Shown here one piece after another: positions 45,055 through 55,121 of a stretch of DNA of 64,000 bases. Positions within the stretch are counted from its first letter, which is position 1; every line of letters begins with the position of its first letter. A program made the position numbers and the translations under genes. Below the pieces are notes generated by a model that was not told the DNA's origin, ran no database searches, and saw only the letters and a program-made list of their open reading frames with translations. This stretch comes from Dehalococcoidia bacterium (lineage in GTDB: Bacteria > Chloroflexota > Dehalococcoidia > Lucifugimonadales > UBA3495), in the NCBI GenBank assembly GCA_965243185.1, contig OZ251531.1, forward strand, positions 2,534,532 through 2,598,531, read 5' to 3'.

Positions 45055-46431
45055 TTGAAAGTTGCCCTAACTCTGCTGGTATTGCTAGTTCTTATCCCGG
45101 CCTTTGCGGCTTGCCGCCCGGCAGCCCCGGCCGAAACCCCGGCTCCCATTCGCATTGTCCTTGCTACCCCGGATGTTCCGGCCACCAGCAGGGCAATGAC
45201 GCCGATAGTGGTAACGGCAACGCCGGACTTGCCGGCTACCATCGTCGCCTTGCAGCAGCAGCCCACGCCGACTCCACCGCCTACTTGGACGCCCGCGCCT
45301 ACTTGGACGCCGGTACCCACCAACACGCCCATTCCTACAGCAACGCCTACCCCAACACCCACACCGACACCCCAACCTACCGCTACTCCCCAGCCAACTG
45401 CTACCCCGGTACCCAGCATTGCCGACTGGAGCGAACGGTTGGATGCCTTGGCTCTTTACCTTGAAACGCCCGATGACGGCTTCGGCTCAGGATTTTTCAT
45501 CCGCCGCAGTGCTGGCGAACGCTGGTACGCCGTAACCAATGCCCACGTCGTCGACCGCAACTCCGCTGTAGAGGCATTCTGGTACGACGACTTCCCGACC
45601 ATAACCGCCCCGGTGCTGGGCGTCGACGAAGTGGCTGATTTGGCACTACTGGATTTGCAGCCCCGGGATTTTACTCCGGACGGCAACTCTATCATCGCGG
45701 AAATAATCGACGGGCTGAAGTTCCGCCGCTCGGCAACCGAGCCGCTCCGTATCGGCGAGGAATTGTTAGCTGCCGGCTTTCCCGATGGGCAATACTCCCA
45801 TACCCGGGGAATTATCTCCAATCACGATGTGCTGTTCGTCGAATCCGGGGATGTGAAACACATTCGGACCGACACAGCCATTAACCCGGGCAATTCCGGC
45901 GGCCCTCTGCTGTCTATGGACACCGGTACAGTCATCGGGGTCAACACTTACAGCCAATCCGGCGTGTTGGACAATGTGGGCCACGCCGTTGACCTGTCCG
46001 AACTCTTTCAACGCTGGTACAGCTTGCAGAACGGACTAAATATATACTTGCCCGACCCGGCCGACGAAGTCCCGACCGCTACCTGGTTCGGCGATGGCGG
46101 CCGTTTCCCTCAAGCTACTTGGAGCGACGGTTCTTTTCTGGTTGAAATTATTTGGCCGGCTCCGGGCAACGAAGTTTATGGCGTGACCCAATGCTATCCT
46201 CACGAAACGCCGGATTGTCCCGGCAATTACCAGGACGCCCAGTTTTGCGCTACTCGCGTGGAATACGACTCGGATGCTGAGTGGTACAGCTGGGACAACT
46301 GGCGCGACCGCGGCCCTTGCCACTACGTCGGAGAGTATTATGGGATTGACTTGGTAGTAACCATCGCCGGCGTCCGTTTCTATGCCCCGCAAGTATTTTT
46401 CGACCAGGAACTGGATTGGTGGATACCCTGA
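45055..46431 (+). CDS. Lipoprotein with a Thr/Pro-rich linker and a trypsin-like (S1/HtrA-type) serine protease domain
   Basis: From the TTG at 45055: KVALTLLVLLVLIPAFAAC is a lipobox. PTPTPPPTWTPAPTWTPVPTNTPIPTATPTPTPTPTPQPTATPQPTATP is the linker. TNAHVV, DLALL and NPGNSGGPLL form the catalytic triad context. Confidence 0.75.
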   Translation: MKVALTLLVLLVLIPAFAACRPAAPAETPAPIRIVLATPDVPATSRAMTPIVVTATPDLPATIVALQQQPTPTPPPTWTPAPTWTPVPTNTPIPTATPTPTPTPTPQPTATPQPTATPVPSIADWSERLDALALYLETPDDGFGSGFFIRRSAGERWYAVTNAHVVDRNSAVEAFWYDDFPTITAPVLGVDEVADLALLDLQPRDFTPDGNSIIAEIIDGLKFRRSATEPLRIGEELLAAGFPDGQYSHTRGIISNHDVLFVESGDVKHIRTDTAINPGNSGGPLLSMDTGTVIGVNTYSQSGVLDNVGHAVDLSELFQRWYSLQNGLNIYLPDPADEVPTATWFGDGGRFPQATWSDGSFLVEIIWPAPGNEVYGVTQCYPHETPDCPGNYQDAQFCATRVEYDSDAEWYSWDNWRDRGPCHYVGEYYGIDLVVTIAGVRFYAPQVFFDQELDWWIP

Positions 46432-46764
46432 ACCGGCGACCGGCGTCGGAGACCTTTATCATCCCGGCAAGGCGAAATCCGCAAAACCGGAAACCGCTCC
46501 CCGGTTTGGAAATTTCAGTATCCTTACTTGACATCCCCCGCCGCCCATACTAAACTTAATCCCCTGATGAACCCATCCAACTTGCCACCCAACCTTACCT
46601 GTTGCGCCTGTCCCGCTACATAGGGAGCAGGCGGCCCATCATCCTAACCGGAAATTGGAGCCTGCGCCCGCCCAAAACCGGGCTGCCCGATTCGGGGCGC
46701 AGGCTTCATTTATGCCCCTAACCCGCCCCGGCGCATCCTGACCATCGAGGAGGACATCAGGATT

Positions 46765-47628
46765 ATGACCACTATGACCAAGACCGCGCCGCCGCCGCCT
46801 CTGGCCCTGACCCCGGAACAGGTCAAACGCTACAGCCGCCACATCATTATGGGCGATGTCGGCAGCGCCGGCCAGCGCAAACTGATGCAGGCCAAAGCCC
46901 TCATCGTCGGCGCCGGCGGCCTCGGCTCCCCTTCCGCCATCTACCTCGCCTTGGCCGGCGTCGGCGCCGTCGGCATCGTGGACTTCGATGTGGTCGAGAT
47001 TTCCAATCTCCAGCGGCAAATCCTGCACCACTCCGACGACATCGGCCGCCCCAAGCTCCAGTCGGCCATCGACAACATCCACGCCTACAACCCCGATGTC
47101 CAGGTCATCCCCCACGAAGTACGCCTCGAATCCGACAATGCCCTGGAAATCATCAGCCAGTACGACCTGGTGATTAACGGCGCGGACAACTTCGCCACCC
47201 GCTACTTGGTGAACGATGCCTGCTATCTGCTGAACAAGCCCCTGGTCGATGGCAGCATCCTTATTTTCGACGGCCAAGCCACCGTCTTTCTCCCTGGACA
47301 AGGCTGCTACCGCTGCCTGTTCCCGTCGCCGCCCCCGCCGGGGATGGTGCCTAACTGCGCCGAAGCCGGCGTTCTTGGCGCGCTCACCGGACTGGTTGGC
47401 AGCATCCAGGCCACCGAAGCCCTCAAGTATTTCCTCGGCATCGGCGAAAGCCTCACTTCCCGCCTCCTGCTCATTGACGCCCTCAGTATGAGTTTCCGGG
47501 AAGTCAAGCTCAAGCGTAACCCGGCTTGCCCCCTCTGCGGCGACAACCCCACGGTTACCGAACTCATTGACTACGAAATCTTTTGCGGCCTGGCCGCCCC
47601 GGAACCGGTGGGCGTAGCCGGCAACTAG
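46765..47628 (+). CDS. moeB: MoeB/ThiF-family adenylyltransferase
   Basis: RYSRHIIMGDVGSAGQRKLMQAKALIVGAGGLGSP, DNFATRYL, and the zinc motifs CYRC and CPLCG are present. Confidence 0.8.
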   Translation: MTTMTKTAPPPPLALTPEQVKRYSRHIIMGDVGSAGQRKLMQAKALIVGAGGLGSPSAIYLALAGVGAVGIVDFDVVEISNLQRQILHHSDDIGRPKLQSAIDNIHAYNPDVQVIPHEVRLESDNALEIISQYDLVINGADNFATRYLVNDACYLLNKPLVDGSILIFDGQATVFLPGQGCYRCLFPSPPPPGMVPNCAEAGVLGALTGLVGSIQATEALKYFLGIGESLTSRLLLIDALSMSFREVKLKRNPACPLCGDNPTVTELIDYEIFCGLAAPEPVGVAGN

Positions 47629-47709
47629 GAAAACCCGCCGGCAGCCCTCGGGAGAACCCTACCCGTCCCGCGGCCGGGGCGGGCAAAGCCCTTGACCCAG
47701 AAAGGAATT

Positions 47710-48660
47710 ATGGTTACTCGGCTGGCCTACAAAGGTATCCTGTCCACCATCGGCAACACGCCGGTCATCGAGCTGCAAAACCTCAGCCCCAAGCCCGGCG
47801 TCCACATCTACGCCAAGCTCGAGGGGCAGAACCCCACCGGCAGCGTCAAAGACCGTATCGCCCTGAAAATGATTGAACGGGCCGAGGATACCGGGGAGAT
47901 TTCGCCCCACCGCACCTTGCTGGAGCCGACCAGCGGCAACACCGGCATTGCCCTGGCAATGATTGGCCGCCTCAAGGGCTACAAGGTCTCCGTAGTAATG
48001 CCCGAAAATGTCAGCGTGGAACGCAGCCAGCTCCTCTATGCTTACGGCGCGGACATCATCTTTTCCGATGGCGAAAAAGGCAGCAACGGCGCCATTGAAG
48101 TCGCCCAGGATTTGGCCGAAAAGTGCCCCCACGACTACCTGATGATGTACCAGTACGGCAACAGCGGCAACCCGGACGCCCACTATGAAACCACCGGCCA
48201 GGAAATCGTGGACGCAGTGCCTGATGTGGATATGTTCGTCGCCGGCCTCGGCACCGGCGGCACTTTGATGGGCGTCGGCCGCCGCCTGCGCGAACACAAC
48301 CCCGAAGTCAAAATCGTCGCCGTGGCCCCGGAGCCGGACGACTTCATCTCCGGCCTCCGCCGCCTCGAGGACGGCTATGTCCCCCCCATTCTGGACTTGA
48401 ATATGCTGGACTCCCGCCTGCTGGTCGGCAGCCTGCCCGCCTTTCGCACCACCAAAGAACTGCTGCATCAGGAAGGCGTATTCGCCGGCATCTCCTCCGG
48501 CTCGGTAGTCTATGGCGCAATGCGGCAAGCGGAACGCCTCGAATCCGGCCATATTGTCTGCCTCCTGGCTGATGGCGGTTGGAAATACCTCAGCACCAGC
48601 CTCTGGACTAAAGACTACGAACAGCTGGAAAAGGAAGCCCAAGGCAAAATCTGGTGGTAA
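47710..48660 (+). CDS. Cysteine synthase (CysK/CysM family, PLP-dependent)
   Basis: IGNTPVIEL, NPTGSVKDR, EPTSGNTGIALA and GISSGS are present. Confidence 0.85.
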   Translation: MVTRLAYKGILSTIGNTPVIELQNLSPKPGVHIYAKLEGQNPTGSVKDRIALKMIERAEDTGEISPHRTLLEPTSGNTGIALAMIGRLKGYKVSVVMPENVSVERSQLLYAYGADIIFSDGEKGSNGAIEVAQDLAEKCPHDYLMMYQYGNSGNPDAHYETTGQEIVDAVPDVDMFVAGLGTGGTLMGVGRRLREHNPEVKIVAVAPEPDDFISGLRRLEDGYVPPILDLNMLDSRLLVGSLPAFRTTKELLHQEGVFAGISSGSVVYGAMRQAERLESGHIVCLLADGGWKYLSTSLWTKDYEQLEKEAQGKIWW

Positions 48661-48687
48661 AACCCCGGCCGCAAGCATTAGCAGCGC

Positions 48688-48719
48688 AAAGCCCGTCATA
48701 ATGGAATGGCGGGCTTTTT
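48688..48719 (+). terminator. Rho-independent terminator after the cysteine synthase gene
   Basis: aaagcccg-tcataatggaatgg-cgggcttt is followed by ttt. Confidence 0.65.
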
Positions 48720-48776
48720 ACTGGGACATCCGATAAATCCAAAAAGGATTGCGGGAAGTAATTAACGGTTATAACC

Positions 48777-48805
48777 TTGAAACCGTCCCCGGTCAATGCT
48801 ATACT
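48777..48805 (+). promoter_or_regulatory. Promoter TTGAAA-17-TATACT for the nusA operon
   Basis: ttgaaa lies at 48777-48782 and tatact at 48800-48805, with about 175 nt of leader before the GTG at 48983. Confidence 0.5.
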
Positions 48806-48982
48806 GAACGGGTGTATTGACGCCGGAAGCGGGGGTTCGACCCGCTTTCTTGACCGGTGGCGACCGGTTAAACCGCCGGGCGGTAGGCCGCATTCAGCTA
48901 CTGGCAGCAAACATCAGGATGAATCCGGGCGGCGGCTGAACCGCGCCGCCGCCAACAACCTTAATCCGGGGAGGGCCAGGCA

Positions 48983-50608
48983 GTGAAAAGCGATTTCTTG
49001 ATAGCGTTGACCCAGATGGCCGCGGAACGGCACTTGCCCCGGGAACAGGTGTTGAGCGCCGTTGAAGTAGCCTTGGCATCGGCTTTCCGCAAGGATAACC
49101 CGGCCGCCGGCCAGAACATCAATGTAACCCTGAACCCCAATACCGGGGAAGTCAGCGTTTTCGCCCTCAAAACCGTCGTCGAGACGGTCGAGGATGACAG
49201 CCGGGAAATTGCCCTCCCGGAGGCCCGCCAGGTCAAAGGGGATGTTGCCATCGGCGACGAAATCGCCCCGGCCGGCGCCATCCCCTACATCCCCAGCCGC
49301 ATCGCCGCCCAGACCACCAAGCAGGTAGTCCTGCAGCGCCTCCGCGAAGCCGAACGGGAACTCCTCTTCGAGGAATTCCTCCAGCACCGGGATGACATCA
49401 TCACCGGTGTGGTCGAGCAGGTCGAATCCAACCGCTCCATAACCCTGGAATTGGGCCGGGCCCAAGCGACGATGCCCCTGCAAGAGCAGGTGCCGACCGA
49501 GCGGTACAAGAAAGGCCAGCGCATCAAGGTCTATGTCCAGAATGTGGAGAACGGCGTCAAGGGGCCGGAAATCACCGTATCCCGCAGCGACCGGGATATG
49601 CTGAAACGGCTCTTTGAGATTGAAGTGCCGGAAGTCTATAACGGCACCGTGGCCATCAAAGCCATCTCCCGGGACGCCGGCTTTCGCAGCAAGATCGCCG
49701 TTCAAGCCTTGCAGGAAGGCGTCGACCCGGTAGGCGCTTGCATCGGCCTGCGCGGCAACCGCATCCAGAGCATCGTCAACGAACTCCAGGGGGAAAAAAT
49801 CGATGTAGTCCCCTGGGAACCCGACCCCAAGGACTTTATCGCCAACGCCATCAGCCCCTCGGAAGTGGTTCATGTCGAACTGGCCCCGGAGGAGATGACC
49901 GCTATCGTCGTCGTCCCGGAACGGCAGTTGTCCCTGGCTATCGGCAAGGAAGGACAGAACGCCCGCCTCGCCGCCCGTCTGGTGGGTTGGCGGCTGGACA
50001 TCAAAGGTCTCCCCGAATGGGAGGAAATCAAGGAAGTCCGCCAGAAAGAAGCCGAGGAGCAGCGCCGCCGGGCCGCCCGGGAATCCATCGGTATGGCCGC
50101 CGAAGCCCCGCCTGCTGAGGAACCGGCAGCGGCGGCGGAAGTTGCCGCCGCCGTGGCCGCCGTGGCCGAAGCCGAAGCCATCGTTGAGGCCCAACAACAG
50201 CAAGAGGAGCCTTTGCCGCCGGCCGCTCCTGTTGCCGAAACGATTGCGGTGCCGGAAGCCGCCGCGCCGCTGCCCGAAGTCGCCGACATCGACGAGGATG
50301 CCCTGCTCGAGGCAATGATTCGGGAGGAAGCGCAAACCCAGCCGGCCCCGGAGGAAGCCGCCCCCACCATCAGCGTCGACGAACTGGAAACCTTTACCTT
50401 GGACGAAGTGCCGGAGGAAGCCGACGAAACCGAAGTCGAAGAGTTTTTCCCCGACTTGCCCGAAGCCCCCATCCTGACCCCGGACGCCGGCAAGATTCGT
50501 TTTGCCGAGGACTTGGTTGGCGAATATCGGGGCGGCGCCCGGAGCGGCCGCCGCCGGCGCAATTCCGGCGCCGGCAACCGGGGCGGCAATCGCGGCGGCG
50601 GCCGCTAA
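48983..50608 (+). CDS. nusA: Transcription termination/antitermination factor NusA with a long acidic/Ala-rich C-terminal extension and an RGG tail
   Basis: A GTG start follows [36 protein letters not shown], the S1 domain and KH domains ([33 protein letters not shown]) are present. The tail reads [22 protein letters not shown]. Confidence 0.9.
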   Translation: MKSDFLIALTQMAAERHLPREQVLSAVEVALASAFRKDNPAAGQNINVTLNPNTGEVSVFALKTVVETVEDDSREIALPEARQVKGDVAIGDEIAPAGAIPYIPSRIAAQTTKQVVLQRLREAERELLFEEFLQHRDDIITGVVEQVESNRSITLELGRAQATMPLQEQVPTERYKKGQRIKVYVQNVENGVKGPEITVSRSDRDMLKRLFEIEVPEVYNGTVAIKAISRDAGFRSKIAVQALQEGVDPVGACIGLRGNRIQSIVNELQGEKIDVVPWEPDPKDFIANAISPSEVVHVELAPEEMTAIVVVPERQLSLAIGKEGQNARLAARLVGWRLDIKGLPEWEEIKEVRQKEAEEQRRRAARESIGMAAEAPPAEEPAAAAEVAAAVAAVAEAEAIVEAQQQQEEPLPPAAPVAETIAVPEAAAPLPEVADIDEDALLEAMIREEAQTQPAPEEAAPTISVDELETFTLDEVPEEADETEVEEFFPDLPEAPILTPDAGKIRFAEDLVGEYRGGARSGRRRRNSGAGNRGGNRGGGR

Positions 50609-50643
50609 TCACGGCGGCGATTTTCACCGGAGGTACCAGAGAC

Positions 50644-50940
50644 TTGCCGAAAACCCGGCATATCCCGGAGCGCAAGTGCGTAGCCTGCGGGCAAAAGGCG
50701 GACAAGCGGTCGCTGACCCGCATCGTCCGTACGCCCGATGGCTCGGTACAAGCCGACGCCACCGGGAAAGCCAATGGCCGCGGCTCTTATCTGTGCGCCG
50801 CGGTGGTTTGTTGGGAAAAAGGCGTCCGTCGCGGGGGATTGGAACGGGGCTTGAAAACCGCCATCCCCGGCCGGGAACGGCAACTGCTGCTGGATTATTA
50901 CCGGGAGCAGGTCGCCGACCCCCAGGCATTGGAGCAATAG
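50644..50940 (+). CDS. ylxR: YlxR/RnpM (DUF448) family protein
   Basis: RKCVACGQKADKRSLTRIVRTPDGSV...GRGSYLC is present, and the gene sits between nusA and infB. Confidence 0.85.
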   Translation: MPKTRHIPERKCVACGQKADKRSLTRIVRTPDGSVQADATGKANGRGSYLCAAVVCWEKGVRRGGLERGLKTAIPGRERQLLLDYYREQVADPQALEQ

Positions 50941-50941
50941 A

Positions 50942-52729
50942 ATGACCACTACCAGAGAAGTCCGCCGCAGCGGCCCTTCCCGTACCTTGGTGCTGCCGCA
51001 AACCCTGACGGTCAAGCACCTGTCGGAACTGATTGACCAAAGCCCGGTGGATGTCATCAAGCAATTGATGCGCAACGGGATTATGGTCTCGATGAACCAG
51101 GTCGTCGACCACGAAGTGGCCGCCCTGGTTACCGCCGCCTACGGCATCCGCACCCGGGTCGCCGAACCGGTGGCTGAAAAAGGCGCCCTGGTCGGCGCCA
51201 GCAACGGCGCCGAAGATGTGGATTCCCTCGCCGGCCGGCCGCCGGTCGTCACTATCCTCGGCCATGTCGACCACGGCAAAACCAGCCTCCTCGACTCCAT
51301 CCGCAACGCCCATGTCGCCGACCGGGAAGTGGGCGGCATTACCCAGCACATCGGCGCTTATCAGGTGGACTATCAGGGCAACAAGATTACCTTCCTCGAC
51401 ACCCCCGGCCACGAAGCCTTTACCGCCATCCGCTCCCGCGGCGCGCGCGTTACCGACATCGCCGTGCTGGTCGTGGCCGCCGATGATGGCATTATGCCGC
51501 AAACCGAGGAAGCCATTGACCACGCCCGGGCCGCCGATGTCCCCATTGTAGTCGCCATCAACAAAATGGACTTGCCCGGCGCCGACCCGGAACGGGTAAA
51601 ACGGCAGCTCAGCCAGCACAACCTCCTCGTCGAGGATTGGGGCGGCGAAGTCATTTCCGTTCCCGTTTCCGCCCGCACCGGCGACGGCATCGACGACCTA
51701 CTGGAGAACCTGCTGGTAGTAGCCGAAATCTCCGAACTGAAAGCCAACCCCTCCCGCCCGGCCAGCGGCGCCGTCATCGAGGCCAAACTGGACCGCAAGC
51801 GCGGCCCTACGGCTACCGTCCTGGTCCAGAGCGGCACCCTGCAAGTGGGCGACTATATCGTGGCCGGCACCGCTTGGGGCCGGGTCAAAGCCTTGGCCAA
51901 CGACCGCGGCCGGGTAGTTAAAGAAGTAGTGCCGGGCGCGCCGGCGGAAGTGCTGGGCTTCGGTTCTTTGCCCGAAGCCGGGGATTTGATGTCAGTATTT
52001 CCCAACGAGCGTTTGGCCCGGGCCACCGCCACCGACCGGGAACGCCTGAAAGCCAGTCAGCAGTCCCAAGCCCGCGCCCTGACCCTCGAGGAAGTGGTCA
52101 AGCAGATTGACGCCGGCGACATCAAAGAGCTTAACCTCGTCCTCAAAGCCGATGTCCAGGGCAGCGTCGAAGCCGTCCGCCAGTCCCTCGAGCGGTTGAC
52201 GGACGCCGAGGCCCGGGTGCGGATCCTCCACGCCGGCAGCGGCAATGTTACCGAATCCGATGTGCTGCTCGCCAGCGCCTCCGGAGCCATCATCGTCGGC
52301 TTTGCCGTGGGCAACGCCCTCGGCGTGGAGCGGGTCGCCGAGCGAATGGGCGTCGAAATCCGCCACTACGCCATCATCTACCAGATGATTGAGGACATCG
52401 AGCAAGCCCTCCACGGGATGCTTGAACCGGCTTACACCGACATTATCGTCGGCCAAGCCGAAGTGCGGGAAATTTTCCCCTCCCGCCGCAATGTGAAAAT
52501 TGCCGGCTGCCGCGTTATCGAAGGCCGTATTAACCGCGGCGCCAACATCCGGGTGATGCGGGAAGGCGCCGCCCTCGAGGAAACGGCTATCGGCAGCCTG
52601 CGCCACTTCCGGGAGGAAGTCAACGAAATCACCAACGGGATGGACTGCGGTATCATCCTGGCCGGCTTTAATGACTTCGAGCTTGGCGATATTCTCCAAG
52701 CCCACCGCCAGGAACGCAGCCAGCGGTAA
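50942..52729 (+). CDS. infB: Translation initiation factor IF-2 (short form)
   Basis: [28 protein letters not shown] and NKMD (GTPase G1-G4) are present, plus the IF2 C-terminal domains. Confidence 0.95.
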   Translation: MTTTREVRRSGPSRTLVLPQTLTVKHLSELIDQSPVDVIKQLMRNGIMVSMNQVVDHEVAALVTAAYGIRTRVAEPVAEKGALVGASNGAEDVDSLAGRPPVVTILGHVDHGKTSLLDSIRNAHVADREVGGITQHIGAYQVDYQGNKITFLDTPGHEAFTAIRSRGARVTDIAVLVVAADDGIMPQTEEAIDHARAADVPIVVAINKMDLPGADPERVKRQLSQHNLLVEDWGGEVISVPVSARTGDGIDDLLENLLVVAEISELKANPSRPASGAVIEAKLDRKRGPTATVLVQSGTLQVGDYIVAGTAWGRVKALANDRGRVVKEVVPGAPAEVLGFGSLPEAGDLMSVFPNERLARATATDRERLKASQQSQARALTLEEVVKQIDAGDIKELNLVLKADVQGSVEAVRQSLERLTDAEARVRILHAGSGNVTESDVLLASASGAIIVGFAVGNALGVERVAERMGVEIRHYAIIYQMIEDIEQALHGMLEPAYTDIIVGQAEVREIFPSRRNVKIAGCRVIEGRINRGANIRVMREGAALEETAIGSLRHFREEVNEITNGMDCGIILAGFNDFELGDILQAHRQERSQR

Positions 52730-52787
52730 AGTCGTCGGCTTCCCAACCGGATTAGCCCGTCCCATCCTTTACTAGAGGGTATCCCGA

Positions 52788-53234
52788 ATGTCCCGACGGG
52801 TTGAGCGCATCAACGGCCTGCTCCGCCAGGAAATCAGCCAACTCTTGGCCCGGGAAATTAAAGACCCCCGCTTGGGCGGCGTCATCAGCATTACCCAAGT
52901 GCAGACCGCCAGTGACTTGCGGAGCGCGCGGGTACTGGTCAGTGTTATGGGCGACCAGGAAACCCGGGAAACCGCTTTGGAAGGCATCCAATCGGCGGCG
53001 GCCTTTCTGCGCCGGGAACTGCGCGACCGGCTCAAACTGCGCTATGTCCCTTTCCTGAAATTCTCCCTGGACGATTCTATGGAAAACGCCGATGCCCTGC
53101 TGCGCCTGATGGACCGACTGCGCGCGGAACCGGTCGATCCAGACCCATCCCCCCAACCCGATAACGCCAGCCCCTGCAACCCCCAAGAGTCAGCCCCCTA
53201 CAACGGCCCCCTATCCTTTCCGCCCGGCGGTTAG
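52788..53234 (+). CDS. rbfA: Ribosome-binding factor A
   Basis: RVERINGLLRQEISQLLAREIKDPRLGGVISITQVQTASDLRSARVLVSV is present. Confidence 0.9.
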   Translation: MSRRVERINGLLRQEISQLLAREIKDPRLGGVISITQVQTASDLRSARVLVSVMGDQETRETALEGIQSAAAFLRRELRDRLKLRYVPFLKFSLDDSMENADALLRLMDRLRAEPVDPDPSPQPDNASPCNPQESAPYNGPLSFPPGG

Positions 53235-53240
53235 TCAGCT

Positions 53241-54221
53241 ATGCCCCGCAACCGCAAAAACGCCCTCCCGTCGCTCAACGGCTTTCTGAACTTCTACAAG
53301 CCGGTAGGGATGACTTCGATGGAAGCCCTGCGGCAGGTAAAGCGCATCGCCGGCCCCGGCCAGAAAGTCGGCCATTGCGGTACTATGGATCCCTTGGCCC
53401 AGGGCGTCCTCCCGGTCTGTTTCGGCCAAGCCACCCGCCTGATGGACTATGTAGTGGACGGGGTGAAATGCTACCGAATGGTAATGCGCCTCGGCGCCAT
53501 TAGTACCACCTATGACGCCGAAGGGGAGATCACCGAAACCGGCAACCCCGCCGGCTTGACCGCCAACATCATTGCGACCGCTTTGACGCCCTTTATCGGC
53601 GCTATTGAGCAGACGCCGCCAATGTATAGCGCCGTCAAAGTACAGGGACAGCGGCTCTATAAACTGGCCCGGGCCGGTAAGGAAGTAGAACGGGCGGCTC
53701 GTCCGGTCGATATTTTCGATATCCAACTGACCGACTTTGCCTTGCCGCTGCTGACCTTGACCGTCGAATGCGGGCGCGGCGTCTATATGCGCTCCTTGGC
53801 TCACGACTTGGGGGCGGCTCTGGGTGTCGGCGGCTATGTAACCGACTTAACCCGGGAATACTGCGGCGGCTTTGCCGCCGCCGATGGCATCACCCTGGAA
53901 GGACTGGCGGCAGCTGAAACCGAAACCGCCGGCGGTTGGCAATCCCACCTGCATCCCGTTGACCGGGCCTTGCGGGGGCTGCGCGCCGTGCGGGTCAACC
54001 CCCAAGGGGAACGGCTGCTGCGGAACGGGCAGGCTGTCAGCTTGGGGCGTACCGCATTGGCAATAGAAGCCGGCTACCTCGAACAGTTCCGCGCCTACGC
54101 CCCGGATGACCGCTTTCTGGCTCTGGTCCGCTACGACCGTCCCGCCAACTCTTGGCAGCCGGTCAAAGTTTTCCAACTGGACACGCCCTCCCCCTACGCC
54201 GCCGACGCCATCAACCCCTAA
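53241..54221 (+). CDS. truB: tRNA pseudouridine(55) synthase
   Basis: GFLNFYKPVGMTSMEAL, GHCGTMDPLAQGVLPV and PPMYSAVKVQGQRLYKLAR are present. Confidence 0.95.
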   Translation: MPRNRKNALPSLNGFLNFYKPVGMTSMEALRQVKRIAGPGQKVGHCGTMDPLAQGVLPVCFGQATRLMDYVVDGVKCYRMVMRLGAISTTYDAEGEITETGNPAGLTANIIATALTPFIGAIEQTPPMYSAVKVQGQRLYKLARAGKEVERAARPVDIFDIQLTDFALPLLTLTVECGRGVYMRSLAHDLGAALGVGGYVTDLTREYCGGFAAADGITLEGLAAAETETAGGWQSHLHPVDRALRGLRAVRVNPQGERLLRNGQAVSLGRTALAIEAGYLEQFRAYAPDDRFLALVRYDRPANSWQPVKVFQLDTPSPYAADAINP

Positions 54222-54532
54222 CCACCCCGTCCCCCTACCGGCCGTTCAGTTGCCCCCGATTGCTCCCGCCTCGGAACCCCACCCTCTCTCTGTCATCGGT
54301 GTCTTGCCCCGATACCAAATCGTCCCCCACCAGCGTAACGCCTATCTCATTCCGGGGGATTGGGGATGGTGAACGAAACAAAAAAGAGCCGGGAATTCCC
54401 GGCCCAGCAGTCACCAGCGAGCGGCGGCTCAGCTGAAGGATGATTGCTGCGATTTTGGAATTCCCGGCATCGACGCCGGCCGGTGCTATCGGCGAACCGG
54501 CCGGCGTTTTTTGGCGGTACTGGCGTTCCCCT

Positions 54533-54727
54533 CTAGGCCGCGCCGATCTCCGACATAATGCGGGTTGCGTCGTCCTTGCTGAGGATCTTGGAGACCTTGA
54601 GCTCCGGGCTCCCCTTGGCGTTGCCCTTCAGAAAATACACGCCGTTCTTGGCCTGCTCGACCCGGGGGTTCTCGACCTCGACGTTCTCCCTGAGCTTCAG
54701 GCAGTAGGCCATCAACTTTTCACTCAT
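54533..54727 (-). CDS. Small (64 aa) protein, paralog of 55122-55313. It resembles a cysteine-less version of small zinc-ribbon DUF5679-type proteins.
   Basis: An ATG at 54727 follows GGAGG. MAYCLKLRENVEVENPRVEQAKNGVYFLKGNAKGSPELKVSKIL is present. A near-consensus promoter lies on the minus strand (TTGACA at 54848-54853, TATAGT at 54827-54832). Confidence 0.55.
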   Translation of the reverse strand: MSEKLMAYCLKLRENVEVENPRVEQAKNGVYFLKGNAKGSPELKVSKILSKDDATRIMSEIGAA

Positions 54728-55027
54728 AAGAATGGCTGCCTCCGTTATGTTGATTTGGCGGCTGGTCTGTGAACCTGGCCGCCGGGCGGCGGGGCTGTTA
54801 GGCTCCCCCGCTTTGCTGGCACCTACACTATAGTTAAAAGTTGTAATTGTCAATAGCCAGCAAGTACGAAGTTGCATTATTTGTTTTGTTTTTGGTTCAA
54901 AATATATTTATCTTTGCTGGAAATGCCGACCCTTCGTTTCCCGCCAGCGGTCTGGGGCGGCCAGCAGGACGGCGATACGGCCGCCGCATCTGGTGTCCCG
55001 GCGCGGCAAAATCCAATGGGATTTTAC

Positions 55028-55055
55028 TTGACAAAATGTAATGGTTTTGTATATT
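55028..55055 (+). promoter_or_regulatory. Promoter TTGACA-16-TATATT in an AT-rich spacer
   Basis: ttgaca lies at 55028-55033 and tatatt at 55050-55055. The palindrome ttacataatgtaa follows immediately. Confidence 0.55.
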
Positions 55056-55121
55056 ACATAATGTAAAACCAGTTCCCCCCGGAACCGCCAAATCTTTCGT
55101 AAAGGAGCGGAACGCAAGACG

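Noticed and set aside
45200-45420. Overlapping ORFs (45027-45464, 45030-45419, 45085-45375) in the protease gene
   Set aside because: They lie in the Thr/Pro-rich linker (ACN/CCN repeats) of the lipoprotein protease. The repetitive composition keeps several frames open, and only the protease frame has a signal peptide and catalytic motifs.
48826-48860. tRNA-like T-arm look-alike (gcgggggttcgacccgc) in the nusA leader
   Set aside because: The stem can only be drawn with an 11-nt loop or mismatched pairs. No acceptor, D or anticodon arms can be built around it.
54389-54512. Independent small RNA gene between truB and the small minus-strand gene
   Set aside because: The two hairpins are gccgggaattcccggc, preceded by an A-run, and cgccggccggt...accggccggcg, followed by TTTTTT. 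They are adequately explained as terminators for the convergent transcripts. No promoter was seen.
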